Assembly: GCA_051362555.1 (NCBI GenBank)
Contig: CM120649.1
Location: forward strand, 13,020,001 to 13,084,000
DNA from: Lingula anatina
Lineage: Eukaryota; Animalia; Brachiopoda
DNA: 64,000 nucleotides
Direction: 5' to 3'
The translations under genes were made by a program, and so were the position numbers. Below, one piece after another: positions 38,119 to 49,183 of this stretch (position 1 is the first letter of the stretch; each line of letters begins with the position of its first letter). Under the pieces are notes generated by a model, which saw only the letters and a list, made by a program, of their open reading frames with translations, had not been told where the DNA came from and searched no databases.

Positions 38119-41100
38119 TTTTTTATGTACAGACACAGATGTGTCTGTACATATAGCCGTCATCTGCGTCTGTCGTCGCCGTCGCCGTCGTCGCCGTCGT
38201 TGCTGTCGTCGCTGTCGTCGCCGTGCACTTTTACCGATAACACGATAAGTGGTAAACTGTTTTTTCTTTTGGCTTGAAACTTACAGAACTGATGAATATT
38301 CATAATACGCAGGTCAAGTTCGAAAATCAGCATGATCGGGTCACTTATAGGGAATTTATGCTGTTTTTTCACTTTTTTCAGCATATATGCAGCACCGATA
38401 ACATGATAAGTGGAAAACCGTTTTACCTTTTGGCTTGAAACTTACAGAACTGATGAATATTCATAATACGCAGGTCAAGTTCGAAAATCAGCGTGATTGG
38501 GTCATTTTTACTGAATTTAGGCTATTTTTTTCACTTTTTTTCAGCATTTTTGCAACACCGATAACACAATAAATGAAAAGCTGTTTTACCCTTTGGCTTG
38601 AAACTTACAGAACTGATAAATATTCATAATACACAGGTCGAGTTTGAAAATCAGCATGATTGGACCACTTTTATGGAAGATAAGCTGTTTTTTTTTTCAC
38701 TTTTTTCATCATATATGCAACACTGATAACACTCTAAGTGAAAAACAGATGGGCCAATTGTCATAATACTCATAGGAGTGGCCAATCTTACTAAAACGAA
38801 GGTTGAGTTGGAAAATCAGCATAATCGGTCCATTATTTTAGAAGTTATGCTGTTTTTTCACATTTCCTCACATTCAATTCTTAGGCATGTTAACAGTCTC
38901 ATTATTTAACTAATAAGATACGTAAAAGTGTTTTTTTGGCATTTCCTGCATTTTTACAACATTGTTAGTTGATTTTGTAAAAATGATAGTAAACCTGTTA
39001 TCGTGTATTATGTAATAAAGTGTCAAAAATGGAAATAAACACATATCATTGCAGTTTGTCAGATTCAATTATCCACTATGTTCAGAATCTCATAATGGAG
39101 GAAATTGGACATATAACACTGTCTTATTGATATTTTCCCATCTCATCAATTTTCTTAGTTGGTCATATAAAAAATGGCAGTAAACTGTTTATTTTGTTTT
39201 ATGTTTTAAAAGTCTTAAAAATGGTAATAAACCCATTTCAGAACAGTGCTGTCTTGTTTCACTTTTTTCAGCATTTATGTAGCACCGATAACACGATAAG
39301 TAAAATACCGTTTTACTTTTTGGCTTGAAACTTACAGAACTGATTAATATTTATAATACGCAGGTCAAGTTTGAAATTCAGCATGATCCGGCCAATTTTA
39401 GGGAAGTTATGATGGTTTTTTTTTCAAAATTTTCAGCATTTTTGTAACACGGAAAACAGGATCAGTGTAAAAATGTTTTTCTTTTTGGATTGAAACTGAT
39501 GAATATTCATAATACGCATTTCAAGTTTGAAAATTGGCTTGATTGGACTATATTTACAACTGTTATGCTGTTTTTTCCTTATTCAGCATATATGCAACAC
39601 TGATAACACATTTTAAGGAAAACCAATCAGCCTTTTGTCTTGCAACTCACAGCAGTGATTAGTCTGACTAGTATACAGATCAAGTTTGAAAATAAGCTTG
39701 ATCAGTTAAGTTTTGATGAAGTTATTAGCCTTTTTGTATATAAGTGTTTTTTTTTCTTCAGATTTAATTCTTAGGCATGTTAACAGTCTCAATATGGAAC
39801 TAATTAGATATGCAAAAGTGTTGTTTTGACATTTTCTGCTTCTTAACAATATTGTTAGTTGATTATATAAAAATGATGGTAAACCTGTTATCATGCATTG
39901 TGTAATAAAGTATCAAAAATGGAAAGGAACTCATCATTGCAGTTTGTCAGATCCAATCATTCACTATGTTCAGAATCTGCAAATGGAGCAAATTGGACAT
40001 TTAAAATTGTTCTATTGATATTTTTCCTATGTCAACAATTTTCCTGGATGATCATTTAAAAATGACAGTAAATTGATTATTTTGTTTTATGTAAAAAGGT
40101 GTTGAAAATGGAAAGAAAATCATTTCAGTACAGTTATCTCTTGTTTACATTTTGGCATTTTGAACTTTGAACTTTGAACTTCCATGGTCTTGAAGACCTT
40201 CCCATATCACATTTTCTGAATATCCATGTTACTTTTATTTTTTTTTATAAAAAATTGATGGTCATTATGCTGTTAAGTATTGTGTTATATTGCATGAAAG
40301 TTGAAGAAACCTGTATTTTGGACACTGCTGCCAGGATAGCGATTAAGGGAAAACCATGTTACTTATGATACTCAAATTTACTGAAAAGTTTCATAAGACT
40401 GAAGTGCAGCTGGTGTTGAAAATGGAAAGAAAATCATTTCAGTACAGTTATCTCTTGTTTACATTTTGGCATTTTGAACTTTGAACTTTGAACTTCCATG
40501 GTCTTGAAGACCTTCCCATATCACATTTTCTGAATATCCATGTTACTTTTATTTTTTTTTATAAAAAATTGATGGTCATTATGCTGTTAAGTATTGTGTT
40601 ATATTGCATGAAAGTTGAAGAAACCTGTATTTTGGACACTGCTGCCAGGATAGCGATTAAGGGAAAACCATGTTACTTATGATACTCAAATTTACTGAAA
40701 AGTTTCATAAGACTGAAGTGCAGCTTGTGTTGGAAAACCAGTGTGATTGTTTTATGTTTTGGAAGCAATGCAGTTCTATAGAGTGAACTATGGTGCATTA
40801 AATGGGTCACCATCAGGTGTCACAAACTAATTTGCTTAATTTTAATTAATTTTAATTAAAATTTTCAAGTGGCCATTAAATGAGATTACATAAAACACAC
40901 GTTCATAAAGTAATTTGCTTAATAATTTTTCAAGTGGCCATTAAATGAGATTCATTATGGGAAAACCATGTTATTTATGATTGCCAAACTTTCAAAAAAG
41001 AAATACAGGGCTAAAATGCAGCCTGAGTTGGAAATGTAGTCTAATTGGCTTCTTTTTCTGGAAGTTATACATTTTCAAAGTGTGAACTTGAACTCCCATG

Positions 41101-41288
41101 GGCCTGAAGCCTTATGCTTGTTACACATTTTACTTACATTGGTATTACCTGTTGAGCATAATTAAAATTTAATGTTGAATTTGCAGTTCAACATGATGTA
41201 CTTTTGCATCAGAATTGACAGTAGCCTATTTTGTGCATAGTTATTTCCTGTTTTTTGTCTGTACATTTGACAGCTTTGCTGCCTTGTT
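38119..41288 (+). mobile_element. Helentron-associated non-autonomous element (HINE / DINE-1-like) with internal satellite arrays
   Basis: 5' T-run, then subTIR ATGTACAGACA with nearby inverted copy TGTCTGTACAT, then a (GTCGCC/GTC)n microsatellite and ~163-bp tandem repeats. 3' subTIR TGTCTGTACAT followed by hairpin CAGC-TTT-GCTG and TTGTT. Absent from the paralogous site at ~33420. Confidence 0.82.
40098..40725. repeat. Essentially perfect 314-bp tandem duplication inside the HINE
   Basis: Identical 64-aa spurious ORFs at 40174 and 40488; the sequence repeats with period 314. Confidence 0.9.
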
Positions 41289-41407
41289 AAATATACAGAT
41301 TGCATACTATCAGTTGACATATTTTGGACTTCGCATATTTCCTTAATGTCTTAGGTGATGAATAAACGTGAAGAATGTTCCAATATACCTCGCTAGACTA
41401 GTGCGAG

Positions 41408-41441
<34 letters not shown>

Positions 41442-42855
41442 GATTTACAGATCGTAATTTTGTCGACGATATTGAATATGATTTATGTGCATGTGTTCTG
41501 ATGGCACAAGCAAAAATGATGGATTTTCAAGGAAAATAAATTCTTTTCTGTTTTAAGGCCTAACACTCATTGTGTGAATTTTAATGATTCAACTACCTTT
41601 CTGTTCAACTGCCGAGAGAATGATGTGAATATTATATATAATCCACCAACTAATTTTGTATGTCATAGGTTTTTAACGGTAATTATTCTTGAGATATGAT
41701 TAACTAAGATAGGACAAAAAATTGTGAAGTGTGCAAAAAGCAGAAACAGACGCTCTTGCGCTGTGGAATAAGGTGGACAATATTCTAATTGTAATCACTG
41801 CAACATTAAAAAATACAATTCCAGTGGTCAGACAAACGCAATGTGTATGCGAAAAAAAAAAAACTGGAATGCAGAAGTTGTGGAATTTGATATGTTAGGG
41901 CAGATAAAATGGATAAAATCGTTAACGAAGTGATTGTTCAAATGTTTTGGAGGTCAGAATTTTTGCACCCGTTTTATTGCAATAAGAAAAATGTATTAAG
42001 CATATTTTTGGTATAAGTGAACGAAATATGCAAAAACTTAACGGTGTCGTTTTTAGCTTCTAAAATTTTCCGAACTGACATTTTGAGAACTTCAGAATTC
42101 CCCCGCACCTCCTAAATGAAAATTGAAAATAAAAACACCCGGACATTAAGGTGTAAATGTAAGTTCGTTCAATATTATATATTTATAAAATGAATTAAAA
42201 TAACCTGTTCATTGGGTGATCATTAACCAGCTTTTGTCTGGCCTTTCATTTGAAAATCAAAATTCAAAACAATTTTATAAAAATGTGTAAAGATAATAAA
42301 GCATGAATTCTAATTACTGCACGATTACTGTACGTTTTAACATTGTCTCTGCACATCTTTTCATCATATTTCATACAATCGACCAGCAATTGCTCATTCA
42401 AAAGTCGCAAAACATTTGTTATAAGGTTTTGAGAAATGAAAATGAAGTAATATTTAAGTAGTGATATAAATAATATCATGATCTTAACCTTCGATTTTCG
42501 GCAGAAAGATTGAAAATGATGAAGAAAACACCTAAACAATCTTTGCTGTTTTTACGAAAGTTGATTTGTTAAGTTTTCGCAAAAATTCATTTGTATAGCA
42601 TGTCAAACGAATAATGTGACATGTAAATTAAAAAAATATATATCAGATTAATTGCTTATCAGGCATAAAAATAATAGTACCCCTGTAAACTGATAAAAAC
42701 ATACGGATAAAAAAGTAAAAATAAAAATTAATGTAAATTAGACCGAATAAAAAATAATAGAATAACAGAAGGGAAGAGAGCGCTTCTTAATTAATAATTG
42801 TTTTATTTAGTCATAGCCGTATTTGACTGAATTTAAAACTGAATTTGATTCAATT

Positions 42856-44469
42856 TTAACCGAAAATCCTTGGTCTGCCAAAAGGGCGTGGTTCTCCTTG
42901 AGGCCTGGGTGGAAGTGGATCTCCAGTTGGTCTTGGTGGGAGTGGATCTCCACTTGGTCTTGGTGGGCGTGGTTCTCCACTTGGTCTCGGTGGAAGTGGA
43001 TCTCCACTTGGTCTTGGTGGGCGTGGTTCTCCACTTGGTCTCGGTGGGAGTGGATCTCCACTTGGTCTTGGTGGGAGTGGACCTCCACTTGGTCTTGGTG
43101 GGAGTGGACCTCCACTTGGTCTTGGTGGGCGTGGTTCTCCACTTGGTCTCGGTGGGAGTGGATTGCCGCTTGGTCTTGGTGGGATTGGATCTCCACTTGG
43201 TCTTGGTGGGAGTGGACCTCCACTTGGTCTCGGTGGGCGTGGTTCTCCACTTGGTCTCGGTGGGAGTGGATTGCCGCTTGGTCTTGGTGGGATTGGATCT
43301 CCACTTGGTCTTGGTGGGAGTGGACCTCCACTTGGTCTCGGTGGGAGTGGATCGCCGCTTGGTCTTGGGGGACGAGGTCCTTCGCTGGGCCTGGGTTGGC
43401 GAGATTCTTCACTTTGTCTTGGTGGACGAGGTTCTCCACTTGGTTTCGGAGGACATGGTTCACATGGCCTTGGTGGACGCGGTTCTCCACTTGGCCTGGG
43501 TGGGCGGGGCTCTCCGCTTGGCCTCGGAGGACACGGTTCACATGGCCTTGGTGGGCGTGGTTCTCCACTTGGCCTGGTTGGGCGGGGTTCTCCACTTGGC
43601 CTTGGAGGGCGTGGTTCTCCACTTGGTCTCGGAGGACACGGTTCACATGACCTTGGTGGGCGTGGTTCTCCACTTGGCCTGGGTGGGCGTGGTTCTCCAC
43701 TTGGCCTGGGTGGGCGTGGTTCTCTGCTTGGTCTCGGAGGACACGGTTCACAAGGCCTTGGTGGGCGTGGTTCTCCACTTGGCCTGGGTGGGCGTGGTTC
43801 TCCACTTGGCCTGGGTGGGCTTGGTTCTCTGCTTGGTCTCGGAGGACACGGTTCACAGGGCCTTGGTGGGCGTGGTTCCCCACTTGGCCTGGGTGGGCGT
43901 GGTTGTCCACTTGGCCTGGGTGGGCGTGGTTCTCTGCTTGGTCTCGGCGGACACGGTTCACAGGGCCTTGGTGGGCGTGGTTCCCCACTTGGCCTCGGTG
44001 GTAGTGGATCGTCACTTGGTCTTGGTCTCGGTGGACGTCGGTCATCCTGAGCAAGAGCAACTGATACTGGAATGTTAAGCATATTCGGTGCATATTTTAA
44101 GTTTTTCACAAGACAATACCGCCATTTTACATAGTATAATATAATATTATATATCACAAATTTGTCAGCGATATGGGATATGGTTGGTTTTGGAGATTGA
44201 TGGAAAAGTGACGTAATTTACAGAAAACATTGAATCAAGCGAATAAATGAATATGTGATTCTTGCAGTTCATAATATTTATAGTCACGGATATTTGACAG
44301 AATAAGATAATCATCTACAGAAGTTTTGCTATTTAAAGGTTAAACGCTCATTCCGTTTGTAAAATTGACGGTATAATGACCCTCACAGTTGTACATCGTG
44401 TCAATGATATAAGAAAAAAAAAAGAGAGAACTCACCGGTCAGTAAAATGCTCACGACAAGCAAGCGCAT
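42856..44469 (-). CDS. Secreted proline/arginine-rich repeat protein, paralogue C (~414 aa)
   Basis: Exon 44469-44436 (MRLLVVSILLT) joins exon 44066-42856 (VSVALAQDDRR...PFGRPRIFG*); six CEPC units, mostly in a 33-aa higher-order repeat; TATA box 44549-44556. Confidence 0.85.
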
Positions 44470-44548
44470 CTTCTTTCTTTTGAGAACCTCGTCGAGTTTT
44501 CAATTCCAGTTATAATCAGAATGTGAAGAAAAGCTGCTCATGGTCCTC

Positions 44549-44556
44549 TTTATATA
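44549..44556 (-). promoter_or_regulatory. TATA box of paralogue C
   Basis: TATATAAA in conserved context. Confidence 0.7.
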
Positions 44557-44737
44557 CACAGTGTAGTAAGCAGCCGTGGGCTGTAATACACGCCAACCCA
44601 GGGAGTGAATCCTGTATTTTGACTTCTATCGTCCCAGATTTGGTAATGGCTGATTGCAGCAGGACCACCCACTTAGTGAACTGCCAATGATGAATTTTGA
44701 GGTCGGAATCTGTGTTAGAATAATTAATTTCATGTAT

Positions 44738-44768
<31 letters not shown>

Positions 44769-45305
44769 TTTTTGCGTGCAAATTATTCCTCAAAGGCTGA
44801 TAGATAGGTTTACAGCTTTATATAGCAAAAAAGAAATTTTATTTGTGATTTCAAAACTTTTCCGTGATCACCGTGAAATAGTATCTTTTATAAAACCTTT
44901 CACATAATTTACTGCCCATGCTTTTTCTCTTAGTTCTAAGTCTATAGTTTTTTTTATATTTCGTAATAGAGATAGAGACCGATATTTACAGTCATGGCGG
45001 TAAAAAGAAATTAAGATAATAGCTGGAGTTTTTCTCCACGTTTTTAAATAGAGTATACCTTACTGAATAAGGAAACATGAAATTTTCAATAGAATTTTTT
45101 GGCTATATTTAGGTCTAGCGCGCATTGTTTGCCCTCAAAGACAAGGCGACGAGCATTTTTCTGATTTGTTTCCAATTCTGTTTAATAACTTCATGCACAT
45201 GTATAAGATGAGACCTGTGTCACATTTCAGTCTTCCTACACAACAGCTATCATGCAAGCCACAAGCCACGAGTGACGAGAGAATAGGTTAATAACTAGAA
45301 TGTGT

Positions 45306-45336
<31 letters not shown>

Positions 45337-48300
45337 GGGGGGGTAGCAAAAGTAGGCCTAATCCTCGAGGGGGATTATTAAACTGTGCTTGTTCTCCTTA
45401 GCCAACCTACTGTGCTGCTGAGCAAGAAAAGTTTTTTTCTAAAAATCCACGTTAAGGTTATTTTTCAAGCAATATTCAGCTAACTTCTATTGTATATTTT
45501 TCTGTTTATTGTTCTAATAATATTATTACATAGAATTTATTTGTGAACGTGAAAAAACTCGCGTTTATCACATGCCAAGCCTTTGAAATTGCGCACAGTA
45601 AATATCGACGTGGGTGAACCCATCTTATCTGAGTATACTGTCCTTTACCACAAACACGCCCACCCCGTGTCTGTACGGTGGTTCTTTCGTTGAAAACCTT
45701 GAGAATGGAAACATCTGTGACATGTGTCACTATGATACAAAGCCCCGCCCACAAAAATATAAACTGGGCAATGATTGGTGAGGGGGAGGACACATTGGGA
45801 AAAGGTCCCTCCCGTAATTTTCGAGGCGCCCCCTTCTTCCCCATCTCTCCCCTTTCCCATACAAAAAGTGTCAAGAGCGTAACAAGTCAGAGTCATATAA
45901 GCTCTTCATCCCAGCACTTTTCATATATGGTAAAAATATACTCGTCTTAATATTCATCCTGTGCACTTATATGCGGCAATCATCAAAGCGGGGATAATTT
46001 TAAGCGAGGGTGTCAGTTTTTCACCAGTGTCCTGTTCATCCAGACGTTCGTTTTGTGAAGGTATTCTATTCCAGGGTGTAAGGCAGGTCTACTCAATTTA
46101 AATGAAACCACGACTCGGATAAACAGAAACGGACCATGGTGCAAGAAATGCACAGTCTTTCTCGCGAAACAGTATTTTTAGTACAATGAAAATTGCACAG
46201 ATGTATCAGATAACGGTGAAAATCGATTACATGTTGCTTTGCTTCGTTTTAAATAATTGGTTTTAAATGTGAAAGACAGATTGTGACGGAGTCTCTGCGT
46301 GTTTTCGTGTACGTCACTTAACCAAAATTTTGGACTTTCAATGGATTGCCTATCACAAATTAAAATTTTGCACATTACAAAATGAAACACGACGTTTCAT
46401 TTCTTGAAGCATCATTTTTCAATTTACCGCAAATAACAACACAAAAGGCAGCACCACATTAAAATGTCGTTAGTTCATTTATTCTGAAAGGGAATCCTTT
46501 CAATCAACAAGTTGTACATAGTTATTATTAATGTTATTTATATTTCTCTTTATATATATTTATATATATTACAAAGTTCTTCCCAATCACCACGTCCAAT
46601 TGACCATCGTCCAGTAGGACACGTGAGATTAGGCCAGAACACCATTCAAATATTCAGTCTGGTTTAATTAATAAAAAGTAGAATAAACACTCTATTCAAC
46701 AGCCTCCAATTTAAAACGTAAATAAAATGAGAACTCGAGCTGTTTACATGTATTATTTGGCTCTATTACAGCAAATGATTCCATTAATCTAACTTTTTTA
46801 TTTTGTTTTAAACAAAGCTTCGATCAGCCTACAAATCAATAATCGAGGGGAGGGGGGTTAAAATGAGAAGGGAGTTTTTAGAATATGCAAGAAAAAAATC
46901 CTGTTTGCCTCTTTATCAAACCACACAAAAAGGGTCCACAAAATGCCCAATTTGAAAATGAGAAGAAATGACGAGCATGACTTTCTCTCCGACTTTCTCT
47001 CTCCATCGTATGTTACACAATATAGTTTCATTTGAAATAATTTAACAATCAACACATATCTGAGTTGAAAAATTTGAACTGGGGTAAAAAGAACGAGAAC
47101 CCATCACACTTTTTTTTTTTGCTTTAACCCTAAAAAATCAAGAAATCTAGGCCTATGAAGAGGACCAAACAACCCCTTCATCATGACCCATCTCAAAAGT
47201 ATCAGAAAATATGCCATTCTTAAATTCCGCCAATTCATTACCAGGCATTTGTCCTTCTGTGAATTATATAACCATACGCACAACCATGGAAGAAAAACAA
47301 CTTTCAAATATCTAGTTTTCTCATGAGATCTCATGTCACCTCAGACTGTCATCAAGATAAGAAAAAAAAATGAAAAACATGGTCTGTTTCTGGGTGTTTA
47401 GTCCAAAAGTGTGCAGTTATTTACTACTACATTTTTCCCCTGTACTTTACCAACTCAGCTCATCCATTTTTTAATACATATATAAGTTGACCTGCCCACT
47501 TCGTTACTTACTGTTAACAAATGCCAGATTTCAATATTTAAAATTAACTTACATGAAATCTTAAAACAAAACGTTCTTATTCACAAAATAAAAACATACC
47601 CGATAATGATAAGAATAATCAAAATACCCAATATGCCCTAATAACGAAATCTGGAGGTACATTTTCTATAAATAACTGGAGCCATTTTTCTTCAAAAAGG
47701 TGACATTTTGTATAGCTGCACCACTCACACACTGTGTCCCTCTTAAGATACTTTCTCATTAAAGTCTTATCTTTAAATTATATATTATCTATACACAAGC
47801 TTAAGTTTTATTTTTACATTGGCAGCAGTTCCATATTTACAGCAACATTTATTCTTTCTAAGACATAACTGAATTCCGTCCTTAACATGGAGGAACACGT
47901 GTGCACCCTGGTCCAACATTAACTAAACTACAAACCACCAGAGGGCCTAGAGTCAAGACAGTCCCATGTTTCATTGGTAAGTAATATACTTCCATGCTCA
48001 TCTAATGAGAACATTTCTTGTGGTCACATTACTTGGGATTTCCAAACGTCAAAATTAGCAATGAACTAAAAAATTAATTAATTGATTAAAAAAATATTCT
48101 GAGAAAATTCTAGCAGAAGGAAAGTAAATGCCTGACAATACTGGAGTCCTCTAAACAATCAATATATTAGTCATTTTAGTTCCACTAATTGGAACCCATT
48201 GACAGCTAGACGGATGCCCCTCGACAGGAGACGGAGAGAGGAGTATTTACTAGTACAGGTGGGCAGAAATATAAGATACAAAGTTAAATAATGGTCAATC

Positions 48301-49183
48301 AGCATCAAGATGAACACAGGTCCAATGTGCACCCAATGGCCCATTTACTGAATTTCCTTTCTATAAAATTCTAAGTGCACCAGATGTGTTCCCTTTCACT
48401 TAGCAGAGCCATTGCCTCGGATGCTAATGAATTTGAATTTTTGTAAATGGTGTTAATTTAAGGTCTGGACAAATGGTCCAGCTTTGTGCAAATTAGGTCT
48501 TAATATTGTGGAAAAATAAACTAGCCTGTCATGGATTGGGGACCAACTAATCATAATCACTAGTCATAGTGGCTCCATCTATAGTGTACACTTTGTGGTG
48601 CCACCTACAGTGGAAAAGGTTACTGAATGCAATGCCCTCAGCTTGACTATACTGCTTTTATTCATTTATTCCCTGCAGCATTTTATTGGCACTGACAGCT
48701 TGGTAGATGAAGGTCATGTGACCTATTCTGTGATCCAACACACTTGGAAGGCTCCCCATTGAAATATCATCTTTCCAGAAATCCTTTTTTCAGTGACAAC
48801 CGCACTAACAAGATGAGTCCTGTTATAATCAATGGCTTACTTATACTGCAGTAATATTAATGGCCCTTCCTGGTCACTTTGTGCCACGTGATGTTGCTTA
48901 ATACCCTCACATCCATGCCTGTTCTAAATGCTTTTAATTTCTGACAAAAACTGCACTCAATGAACTTTTCATATCTCAAGTGTTTTGCATCCTGCTGTTT
49001 ATACTAAAACTTTGTCTTCCTGTCAACTGATCCTCTTCTCAATTATAACAGTCAGAGGGTGCCGTCTCCACGGAAACTGTCTGCACTTGACTACCCTCTC
49101 TGGGACGGCAAATACAGGAAGACTGCTGCTGCCACCTAGGACAGGACAGCCTGATCAGAGTCACATTGGTATTAAATTCTATC

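Larger units (their letters stand above)
31380..44540. repeat. Tandem segmental duplication, unit ~4.8 kb (second unit enlarged by the HINE)
   Basis: ~31650-33420 matches ~36420-38112, and ~33420-36420 matches ~41297-44540, both at high identity. A more diverged third upstream copy spans ~44540-46060. Confidence 0.9.

Noticed and set aside
40174-40682. Two identical 64-aa ORFs
   Set aside because: By-product of the 314-bp duplication inside a non-coding transposon derivative; non-ATG starts.
30240-44050. 27-bp repeat arrays as CRISPR arrays or collagen
   Set aside because: No unique spacers or cas genes, and the context is eukaryotic. The coding frame has no Gly-X-Y periodicity.
30218-44093. 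Long overlapping ORFs in other frames of the Pro-rich repeats (His/Gln-rich DQVENHAHQ, Trp-rich WWAWFSTWS, Val/Leu-rich, Gly-rich GLGGRGSPL)
   Set aside because: A stop-poor 27-bp GC-rich repeat leaves many frames open. Only the Pro frame is joined in phase to a signal-peptide exon with TATA box and polyA signal and is intact in all three copies.
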